From IMG/VR virus record IMGVR_UViG_3300043399_000877, positions 1-64,000 of that record: 64,000 nt of DNA, one strand, 5' to 3'. Shown here piece after piece: positions 16,003 to 22,907 of this stretch. The translations under genes were made by a program, and so were the position numbers. The notes under the pieces were generated by a model that saw only the letters and a program-made list of their open reading frames with translations, was not told the origin of the DNA and made no database searches. Numbering within the stretch: position 1 is the stretch's first letter; every line of letters starts with the position of its first letter.

Positions 16003-16613
16003 ATATTTTTATTTAGTTCTCTCATTTTCATCAACGTCTTTTTTGGACCGCCAGATGAGTGTAAATGAATTATGTTTTTGCTATAGTCTATACCAGTAAA
16101 TTTTTCATATATCGGAGCCTGTTGAACAATATCAGTAATTGCCTTTCCTGAACGATACATGCTAATATAGATATCTTGTTCATAATCATACTTGTTATAA
16201 TTCCATTTACTGACATGCTCAAAAACCTGGTCCCATATGCTACTATCCATATCATGCGGGAAATATCTTACTCCACAGTTATGTCTACAACCAGCCACAA
16301 AATCTTCATTAAAAACCTGTGTAGGTTTTATACACAGTGTGTCTGGATCGGTATAAAGTATGTTGCATTTTTCATTTTTCCATATTTTATACGTTTTCTC
16401 GAGAGTAAAAATAAAAGATTCTTGGAGAGTGTCTTTAGTACCGGTTAAATGTATTAGAGACCACTCTCCGAGAAGGTTTTCTTTAAAAGAGCTTATACTT
16501 AACTTTTGCATTTTTTTATAATCTTTGTAATTAGTTAAACCAAAAACAAAATCATCAAAAACGGCTGTTTCACCAGGAATTTCATATGTGCTCTTTAACA
16601 TGTAGTTTTTCAT
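15993..16613 (-). CDS. Putative GT-A glycosyltransferase-like protein
   Basis: ILYTDPDTL (DxD), IIHLHSS; very AT-rich. Confidence 0.55.
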   Translation of the reverse strand: MKNYMLKSTYEIPGETAVFDDFVFGLTNYKDYKKMQKLSISSFKENLLGEWSLIHLTGTKDTLQESFIFTLEKTYKIWKNEKCNILYTDPDTLCIKPTQVFNEDFVAGCRHNCGVRYFPHDMDSSIWDQVFEHVSKWNYNKYDYEQDIYISMYRSGKAITDIVQQAPIYEKFTGIDYSKNIIHLHSSGGPKKTLMKMRELNKNMRA

Positions 16614-16616
16614 ATT

Positions 16617-16838
16617 TTATTTATCTATATCCAACACGTCTAATTCTTGACCGCCAAGAGTCAGTAAAAACAGTGTGTTTTTATTGTCAGGATACAGATA
16701 TATAATGTATTCATTGCCCGTTCTTTCAAACGGGCCATGCCGTAGGCGATACCTTTTTATAAGGTTCTGGACTGTTCTAAGACTGTGATATGGAACTTTA
16801 ATTCTCATATAGGTCATCATAGTCATCAATCTCGTCAA
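16617..16838 (-). CDS. Hypothetical protein
   Basis: Small ORF, start uncertain. Confidence 0.55.
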   Translation of the reverse strand: MTRLMTMMTYMRIKVPYHSLRTVQNLIKRYRLRHGPFERTGNEYIIYLYPDNKNTLFLLTLGGQELDVLDIDK

Positions 16839-17331
16839 GCCAATCGTCTCCGGTCAGTGCCGATCGATCGTACTGCTTGTAGTAATCCTCGTTTGGTTTA
16901 AGGATTCTCACATCTGGTATTTGCATTTGCAGAATCAAAAAATGCCGCATGCTTGGAATATCGGTGATATACCAAGTCGTCCCACATCCGCCACCTGCCA
17001 GTTTTATGGCGCCGTGTGCCATGTTGGCGACGGCAGTTCTAAGTTTACTACCGTATTCGGTAATAACCCTCACTGTTTGACTTTTGACATATGCTGCATG
17101 ATCCTCGGCCGTTGCAGGCCTAATTGTTGCGCAATTATCGTCGTCGATTGTTACTGTACAATCTCGGACTTTAATTGCTCCCTTGGTGTGTGCGTTATCC
17201 GGCGTCTCTTTTGTACTCCACGGAACCGAGCAGTCCACATGGTTTACATAAAAGGTTTCCCCTCGCAATTTAAGCACCCACATCGGGATAGTTGCATCTT
17301 CCAGATGTTTTTTGTTGAAGTGGAAAACCAC
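16798..17331 (-). CDS. Hypothetical phage protein
   Basis: VFHFNKKHLED.TIPMWVLK...YVNHV conserved phage-type N-terminus. Confidence 0.75.
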   Translation of the reverse strand: MVFHFNKKHLEDATIPMWVLKLRGETFYVNHVDCSVPWSTKETPDNAHTKGAIKVRDCTVTIDDDNCATIRPATAEDHAAYVKSQTVRVITEYGSKLRTAVANMAHGAIKLAGGGCGTTWYITDIPSMRHFLILQMQIPDVRILKPNEDYYKQYDRSALTGDDWLDEIDDYDDLYEN

Positions 17332-17687
17332 GTCTCTACAAGGTATAGCAATCTACGACATTTCTTTCTCCTTTTGTCATATATGGTGACAGCCTAACAG
17401 TCGATCTTAATGGGTATTAGCACTGGCAGGTTCCCATTTCCTGCATCTCTTCGCTTTCGCTACTTTACCGTTTCTGGTGTGTGAGGCGGGTGTTCTCACC
17501 TCAGTGCCGCAGGGTTTCTGGTTTGCTGTCTCTACTACAAACCCTTTTTCGAATTGGCGACCACTGTTAGCCGCTGTTGCGACCCCCAACACGTTGTCCT
17601 GCCCCATCGGGGGCCTTGGCGTGTTTTTGTATTGGGATTTAGCATCCAAGTATCCAATCGCGACAGTGGGGGCGCATGGATACTGAT

Positions 17688-17762
17688 TGGCGCGTGTGGA
17701 GGGACTCGAACCCACAACTGTACGCTTTAGAGGCGTCTGCTCTACCATTGAGCTACACATGC
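17688..17762 (-). tRNA. Amber suppressor-type tRNA (anticodon CTA)
   Basis: GCATGTGTAGCTCAATGGTAGAGC-AGACGC-CT-CTA-AA-GCGT...GTGGGTTCGAGTCCCTC-CACACGC-G-CCA. Confidence 0.85.
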
Positions 17763-18095
17763 ATTATCTTGTAAGGCAAGTTCTTAAACCCGTGATACAG
17801 GTTCGGCTTGCCCGCCCGTGGTTTTCACACCACGGACTTGACCACTGAGTTATCAGCCCCATTTTTATACACCCTGGGTCTAAAGCAGGGTGTTTTACAA
17901 CACCGGTCCTATGCCGGTGAGCCGCAGCCGGACCGGCGGACTATTACCCCCTGCCCTCCCGAAACTATATTCCGGTACATTGAGCGGCGTTGTAAAAGTG
18001 GAGTTGGCAAGGGTTCCGACCCCTACTTTAGTTGCAACCTACGCCTGCCCGGCGATCCTAGCTGCAACTGACAATCCGTGTCAATCCAACATAAT

Positions 18096-18172
18096 TGGTC
18101 TGTCTGAGAGGACTCGAACCTCCGACCTATGGTACCCAAAACCATCGCACTACCAGGCTGTGCTACAGACAG
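18096..18172 (-). tRNA. tRNA-Pro(TGG)
   Basis: ATGGT-TT-TGG-GT-ACCAT, C1-G72, ACCA. Confidence 0.93.
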
Positions 18173-18190
18173 TCTATATAATTATCCATG

Positions 18191-18871
18191 TCAACAATTT
18201 TTTGTAACTTTAAAAAACAATTGCATTTCGTTGTCTTTTAAAACTTGTATATCACCTGATATAGTGTACATATCTAACAAATTCCTCAAGTAAGGAACAT
18301 CTGCGTCGTCAAATAACACTACGTCATTGGGAGCGGCTAAATCTATCACATTGGAGATATCTGCATTAGCATCATGCACAGTATGTGATCCATCAATTAC
18401 CCATCCAATTTTTTTGTTTCTAATTTCTGGATAAAAATTAAAAATATTTGGTAACACATTTTTTGAGTCGCCAATTCTTAATTCAATTCTATCGCCATAG
18501 ATCTGTTTTAGGTAATTGAAGCACGGAACTGTATATCTGTGAATGCCAACATCTATGCCCACATAGTTCAAAGATTTATTTGCAGTTAGGGCCAACATGG
18601 CGCTGTGTCCACCGTTAAATCCAATTTCAACCACAACATCACATACAGATGCAAACATTGCATAAAGTTTACGTTTATCAGAAAAACCTTTATGTAATGA
18701 TGATCTATCTTTTTCTAGATCATAATAAAAAATATTTCCTTCTAAAGGTTCTTTTGTTTTTGATATTGTTTTGTTTAACCCATGTAGTATTTTTTTATAC
18801 TCTTGATAAAAAACTTCTTCATGGTTACATTGTTCATTTAACAGATGGCGTATTTCATTATTAATAATCAT
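18191..18871 (-). CDS. Class I SAM-dependent methyltransferase (Methyltransf_24-like)
   Basis: VEIGFNGGHS, GIDVG, GDS, VIDGSH, LFDD; AT-rich. Confidence 0.8.
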   Translation of the reverse strand: MIINNEIRHLLNEQCNHEEVFYQEYKKILHGLNKTISKTKEPLEGNIFYYDLEKDRSSLHKGFSDKRKLYAMFASVCDVVVEIGFNGGHSAMLALTANKSLNYVGIDVGIHRYTVPCFNYLKQIYGDRIELRIGDSKNVLPNIFNFYPEIRNKKIGWVIDGSHTVHDANADISNVIDLAAPNDVVLFDDADVPYLRNLLDMYTISGDIQVLKDNEMQLFFKVTKNC

Positions 18872-18889
18872 TTAAAATTCCATAGTAAG

Positions 18890-18961
18890 AAGGATATTTG
18901 GATTCGAACCAAAATCACATGAATCTAAATCATGCCACTCTATCCACTTGAGTTATATCCT
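18890..18961 (-). tRNA. Atypical short-arm tRNA with TAG anticodon (possible pseudo-tRNA)
   Basis: AGGATAT/ATATCCT acceptor, D-loop AGTGGATA, CATGA-TT-TAG-AT-TCATG, short variable loop, no CCA. Confidence 0.6.
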
Positions 18962-18991
18962 GTCACTATGTATTTACGCAGATTATATAAA

Positions 18992-19066
18992 TGGCTGGGG
19001 ATGGAGGGGTCGAACCTCCGTATGTCGGGACCAAAGCCCGATGCCTTACCACTTGGCTAATCCCCA
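18992..19066 (-). tRNA. tRNA-Gln(TTG)
   Basis: TGGGGAT...TCGGG-CT-TTG-GT-CCCGA, GCCA. Confidence 0.95.
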
Positions 19067-19073
19067 AGAATTT

Positions 19074-19265
19074 TTATCGACGGTTCTCTACTACGTCTTT
19101 GACAGTCTCTAATACTGCATCCAAGCTAGTAAGCACCAGCTTTGCACTTTGCCAATCTTCTTGATCATCTTGTCCGCTGTATTCAACAACGAACCCGTTA
19201 TCGGCGAAGCTGATGCTAATATCAGTAACTCCGCTGACGATTTCATTCTTACTACGTTTCCCCAT
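19074..19265 (-). CDS. Hypothetical protein
   Basis: 63-aa ORF with AGAGGA RBS, between tRNAs. Confidence 0.7.
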   Translation of the reverse strand: MGKRSKNEIVSGVTDISISFADNGFVVEYSGQDDQEDWQSAKLVLTSLDAVLETVKDVVENRR

Positions 19266-19280
19266 ATTTTCCTCTTGTTA

Positions 19281-19365
19281 TGGTGCGGGTGGAGGGACTT
19301 GAACCCCCACGCCTTGCGGCGCTTGAACCTAAATCAAGTGTGTCTGCCAATTCCACCACACCCGC
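19281..19365 (-). tRNA. tRNA-Leu(TAG)
   Basis: CTTGA-TT-TAG-GT-TCAAG, long variable arm, ACCA. Confidence 0.95.
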
Positions 19366-19371
19366 GTTCTA

Positions 19372-19569
19372 TTATTGCTTAACACTAACACCCATTGGCG
19401 TATCTGTCAAGTATCTTAATACCAAGTTAGCAACACCAACCGCCAGTAATACAAGTGGGGTATACTGTGGTGCTATTATGTTGATCAAGTCAACATATTG
19501 TGCAAGACCTGCTATGATCACTGCAACGTTAAATAAAGTTGTTCTCCAACCTTTTAAAAAGTTCTTCAT
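19372..19569 (-). CDS. Small two-TM membrane protein (holin-like)
   Basis: MKNFLKGWRTTLFN..., two hydrophobic segments, GGAGG RBS. Confidence 0.55.
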   Translation of the reverse strand: MKNFLKGWRTTLFNVAVIIAGLAQYVDLINIIAPQYTPLVLLAVGVANLVLRYLTDTPMGVSVKQ

Positions 19570-19598
19570 TTCGATGCCTCCCGTGTGCATCGTATTTA

Positions 19599-19674
19599 TG
19601 GAGGCGCGTCGGGGAGTTTAACCACCGTCCTTGGCCCTTGCACAGGCCACGCATTAACCCTTTGCTAACGCGCC
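19599..19674 (-). tRNA. Atypical tRNA-Cys(GCA)-like
   Basis: GGCGCGT/ACGCGCC-T-CCA as in bacterial tRNA-Cys, but 8-nt anticodon loop TGTGCAAG and bulged T-arm with TTAAACT loop. Confidence 0.7.
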
Positions 19675-19780
19675 ACTGTTTAGAAGATAACAGCAGGGTA
19701 CGCAAACTCCCTGAAGGGCCCACTTCAAAGCGAACTCAATCACCCAAGCCCCGGCTGTGTACTGTTATCTTCTAAATAGT

Positions 19781-19863
19781 TGGTACCCGCGGCCGGACTC
19801 GAACCGGCACACCTGTGGCGGGAGATTTTAAGTCTCCTGTGTCTACCGTTCCACCACGCGGGC
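19781..19863 (-). tRNA. tRNA-Leu(TAA)
   Basis: GGAGA-CT-TAA-AA-TCTCC, long variable arm, ACCA. Confidence 0.95.
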
Positions 19864-19867
19864 ATAT

Positions 19868-19944
19868 TGGTGCTCCCACAGGGACTCGAACCCCGAACCT
19901 GCAGATTATGAGTCTGTCGCTCTAACCAATTGAGCTATAAGAGC
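19868..19944 (-). tRNA. tRNA with CAT anticodon (Ile2 or elongator Met)
   Basis: ACAGA-CT-CAT-AA-TCTG, non-initiator body, ACCA. Confidence 0.9.
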
Positions 19945-19951
19945 AGTATAA

Positions 19952-20027
19952 TGGTGCCGCCACGAGGGCTTGAACCCCGGACATCCTGATTACAAATCAG
20001 GCGCTCTACCAGCTGAGCTATGACGGC
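19952..20027 (-). tRNA. tRNA-Thr(TGT)
   Basis: CCTGA-TT-TGT-AA-TCAGG, ACCA. Confidence 0.95.
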
Positions 20028-20036
20028 TTAAGAAAC

Positions 20037-20111
20037 TGGAGCGGGTAGCCGGCATCGAACCGGTCCTCATCAGCTTGGAAGGCTGAGGCACATCCCCTAT
20101 ACCATACCCGC
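20037..20111 (-). tRNA. tRNA-Gly(TCC)
   Basis: TCAGC-CT-TCC-AA-GCTGA, TCCA. Confidence 0.95.
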
Positions 20112-20279
20112 AGTTCGAGGGGTAAGCCGGTCGCTAGCAATTACCCTCGTTAAACACCTTCACGGCTCGAATGTTCCGTGCAAGGGACGCCTAAAAATGC
20201 ATAAGTGGCGGGGAGCGTATTTGACACTGTAGTAGTGTCCTTGCCGGCCATATCCCTCTTATCTAACTGCCACTTATCT

Positions 20280-20354
20280 TGGCACCGGTGGAAGGAATCG
20301 AACCCTCTACGCGCGGTTTTGGAGACCGCCGCTCTACCACTGAGCTACACCGAT
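20280..20354 (-). tRNA. tRNA-Trp(CCA)
   Basis: GCGGT-CT-CCA-AA-ACCGC, G73, CCA. Confidence 0.95.
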
Positions 20355-20355
20355 A

Positions 20356-20544
20356 TTATTCTGATGGTGCTGTTGATGTCACCGAGTCTGTTATTTGTGG
20401 GTCAACTGTTGTTGACTCTTCTGTCGTGTAGTTAACATAATTAACTGTTACGAACTCCACAACCGTATCGTAAAACACTGCAAATGCTGCCAAAAACGCA
20501 GCAGCCAAAGTGCTGATTATTTTTCCTTTGTGTTGTGCTAACAT
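20356..20544 (-). CDS. Small membrane-anchored hypothetical protein
   Basis: Start MLAQHKG (GGAG RBS), one TM segment, S/T-rich tail. Confidence 0.6.
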   Translation of the reverse strand: MLAQHKGKIISTLAAAFLAAFAVFYDTVVEFVTVNYVNYTTEESTTVDPQITDSVTSTAPSE

Positions 20545-20587
20545 TATATCTCCTTGTATTTTATCTGGAGTATTTAGCATTTAAATT

Positions 20588-20663
20588 TGGTGGACCCTAC
20601 CGGTTTCGAACCGGTCGCCTCCTGCTTGCAAGGCAGGCGCTCTCCCAACTGAGCTAAGAGCCC
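20588..20663 (-). tRNA. tRNA-Ala(TGC)
   Basis: GGGCTCT with G3-U70, CCTGC-CT-TGC-AA-GCAGG, ACCA. Confidence 0.95.
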
Positions 20664-20758
20664 GAAATTCCGCTGGTTCTCACGTTTTGAACCGAATGTT
20701 GTCCGGAATTTCGACCACTGTTCGATAGGCAAGCTATCTTGGTACCCGGATCAAACTC

Positions 20759-20848
20759 TGGCGGAACGTACAGGATTCGAACCTGTGGGCCCCTTTCGGG
20801 GCCGATGGTTTAGCAAACCACTGGTTTAAGCCACTCACCCAACGCTCC
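20759..20848 (-). tRNA. tRNA-Ser(GCT)
   Basis: TGGT-TT-GCT-AA-ACCA, long variable arm, GCCA. Confidence 0.95.
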
Positions 20849-20855
20849 AGTATCT

Positions 20856-20932
20856 TGGTTGCGGGGACAGGATTTGAACCTGTGACCTCTTGGTTATGAG
20901 CCAAGCGAGCTACCGGACTGCTCTACCCCGCA
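20856..20932 (-). tRNA. tRNA-Met(CAT), initiator-like body
   Basis: GCGGGGTAGAGCAGTCCGGTAGCTCG fMet-type D-arm, CTTGG-CT-CAT-AA-CCAAG, AACCA. Confidence 0.9.
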
Positions 20933-21033
20933 AAAATCGTGTATACAATGGAGTACCGAGTGCTGATAGCGAATCAACTTCCTAGTAATTTGCGTGTTAA
21001 GAATGTCTCTACTCTAACACAACCATCGTATTT

Positions 21034-21109
21034 TGGCTCCCTGACCAGGGCTCGAACCTGGGACCCGCTGATTAACAGTCAGCTGCTCTACCTACTGAGC
21101 TATCAGGAA
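21034..21109 (-). tRNA. tRNA-Asn(GTT)
   Basis: GCTGA-CT-GTT-AA-TCAGC, GCCA. Confidence 0.95.
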
Positions 21110-21114
21110 ATATA

Positions 21115-21580
21115 GTTGTTGGCTCTAGCACCTAATTGCCGACTTAGCTTCGTAAAGGTTAACACGAAGTACCGTTATGCTTGCGGCTTACGGGTTCAGC
21201 ACCCTGCGCTAGTTAGTATAATTCGCGCCTCGGTGTAGCCTAGGCTGCTACAAATGGTCACTTAAGACGTTGCAACCTCAGTTGCTTATGGCCTTTTTAT
21301 TTTAGTATCCGATATTTGTATCGGGCGCGAATCATTCTGTTTTCAGCTACACTGCGTCCGGGATTCGAACCCGGCTTGCTCCCGAAAGGCGTCGCCCAAG
21401 GAGTATTATGGATTCAGGCCAGCCACTTGGCCCCAACCACAGTGTATGTGAAAACAGAATTGTTAACACTCTTGCGAGTGTCTTCAACGAGGAACTCACG
21501 GGCACATTCGCCAGTTTGTTCTTCTGTTTCAGCCCTGTCATCGCTTACGCTCGGGGCCGGTCCTGTTTCCAGGAACAACT
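21115..21580 (-). ncRNA. Uncharacterised ~470-nt structured ncRNA with embedded tRNA-like domain
   Basis: No credible ORF; many hairpins (ACACTC-GCAA-GAGTGT, CCGATA/TATCGG, GCAAC/GTTGC, TGTAGC/GCTACA); tRNA-like domain 21351-21443 closed by 12-bp stem 21334-21345/21449-21460; follows promoter + boxA. Confidence 0.65.
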
Positions 21581-21582
21581 TT

Positions 21583-21600
21583 CCAAATTTTTAAAGAGCG
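21583..21600 (-). promoter_or_regulatory. rrn-type boxA antitermination element
   Basis: CGCTCTTTAAAAATTTGG, in a leader homologous to 12525-12570. Confidence 0.7.
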
Positions 21601-21636
21601 TGTAGCTTGCGCTACTGTTTGTTACGTTATGTTGTT

Positions 21637-21665
21637 AACATACTGTATCTCTACTGCGTTGTCAA
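21637..21665 (-). promoter_or_regulatory. Sigma70-type promoter heading the tRNA/ncRNA operon
   Basis: GTTGTTGACA-N17-TATGTTAACAAC. Confidence 0.7.
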
Positions 21666-21916
21666 CAACTTTTTCATGCTTGCTGCAAAAACTTTCTTTT
21701 GGAACGTTGTTTGCTGCGTTGTCCTGTGTTTATATAGTGTGCTGCCGCTGCTGTCAACTGTTTTTTTGGTCTAGTCCAAACAACTTGTTTATTCTATCCC
21801 ACAGTGGGAGTGTCAGTTCTACATATGTCAGATAGTCTATCTCGCCTTGATTATATTGCCTTAGTATCTTTTTGTATTCTTGTAGTGCTTGTGTCTGTTC
21901 TGGTGTGTACAATGGA

Positions 21917-21946
21917 AAAACCCTCCCGTTTTACTGGGAGGGTTTT
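21917..21946. terminator. Intrinsic terminator (bidirectional shape)
   Basis: AAAACCCTCCC-GTTTTACT-GGGAGGGTTTT. Confidence 0.8.
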
Positions 21947-22113
21947 GAAACTTTTGAACTTTCGCCGTTCTTAGCTTCGCAATCCCCCCAGGCACTTGGT
22001 GCTACCTGGATTTGAATCCTGGCCCCATCCTAATGCTATTACTGTTGCGAGTGCGAAAGTCATCGACATTTTCATTCCTTTAATTGTATTTTATTTATCT
22101 TTTTGGTTGTATT

Positions 22114-22308
22114 TTATTTATCTTTTCGAATGAATTTCGGTGTAGAATTTGTAAATTTTTTCTTTGGCCTCGCAACGCCGTTTATTACTATCATTTCCTC
22201 CGATTCTTTCGGAATATCCACAGGGTCTTTGTATTTTACATCTTTTGCTTCTGATGTTTTTATATACCCCAAAACTCTTAACAAATTACCTATAATTTTC
22301 ATGTTCAC
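22114..22308 (-). CDS. Hypothetical basic protein
   Basis: 64-aa Lys-rich ORF. Confidence 0.6.
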   Translation of the reverse strand: MNMKIIGNLLRVLGYIKTSEAKDVKYKDPVDIPKESEEMIVINGVARPKKKFTNSTPKFIRKDK

Positions 22309-22330
22309 TCAACCAGGAAAACCGTGCAAT

Positions 22331-22840
22331 TTAATGCACGGTTACATTTAACATCACACGATCACCTACCTGATAATTATCACGATTTGTGACAAAACTT
22401 CCGGTAACGTCCTTCCAACGATAATACACTCGCCAGCCGGCGATTTCCTGGTAGTTATTGCGGACATATTCTGTTCGGCACTGTTGTTCTAACTGATACC
22501 CAACAACTACATCGCGACCGCGGCGACCGGCAGCATCAGCGCCGAGAATGACTCCCAACGCTGTGGCCAAATCTTGGCCATCTCCGCTACCAAACTGGTG
22601 GCCGATGGCTCCGCCGACAATAGCACCAACAACCACATCTCCGGGTTGTGCTGGACCACGACCGTAAACCGGCACCTCTACCTGATGGCAATAAGTGCGC
22701 GGTTCGTCTACAGGTACATTTGTGTATATGGGATCAACCGCAGTAACCCGGCCTGTGACTGTGGTTGTCTGGGCAAAAACCGGTACTGACAAAAAAATCA
22801 GTACGATTGCAATTAAACACAGTAAGGGTGTTATACGCAT
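22331..22840 (-). CDS. Secreted glycine-zipper 2TM protein (YcfJ-like)
   Basis: Signal peptide, GAIVGGAIGHQFGSGDG...ATALGVILGA glycine zipper. Confidence 0.8.
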   Translation of the reverse strand: MRITPLLCLIAIVLIFLSVPVFAQTTTVTGRVTAVDPIYTNVPVDEPRTYCHQVEVPVYGRGPAQPGDVVVGAIVGGAIGHQFGSGDGQDLATALGVILGADAAGRRGRDVVVGYQLEQQCRTEYVRNNYQEIAGWRVYYRWKDVTGSFVTNRDNYQVGDRVMLNVTVH

Positions 22841-22907
22841 GTTAGATCCTCCGCGTTATGTATATACACTATATATACCTGACGGCTGTGTCAAGTGCAA
22901 AAGCGAA

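Noticed and set aside
17407-17760. 117-aa ORF MCSSMVEQTP...
   Set aside because: Starts inside the amber tRNA and runs through hairpin-dense sequence. The other short ORFs over tRNA/ncRNA regions (11529-12463, 17808-18207, 19529-19775, 21316-21605) were rejected for the same reason.
17400-18090. RNase P RNA, SRP RNA or group I intron
   Set aside because: No GAGGAAAGUCC/P4 signature, no SRP helix-8 GGAA motif, and only an isolated AUAGUCC with no interrupted gene.
21351-21443. YrlA-type bacterial Y RNA
   Set aside because: YrlA has a permuted order (T arm before D arm, ends at the anticodon side). Here the D-to-T order is normal and the ends extend from the acceptor stem.
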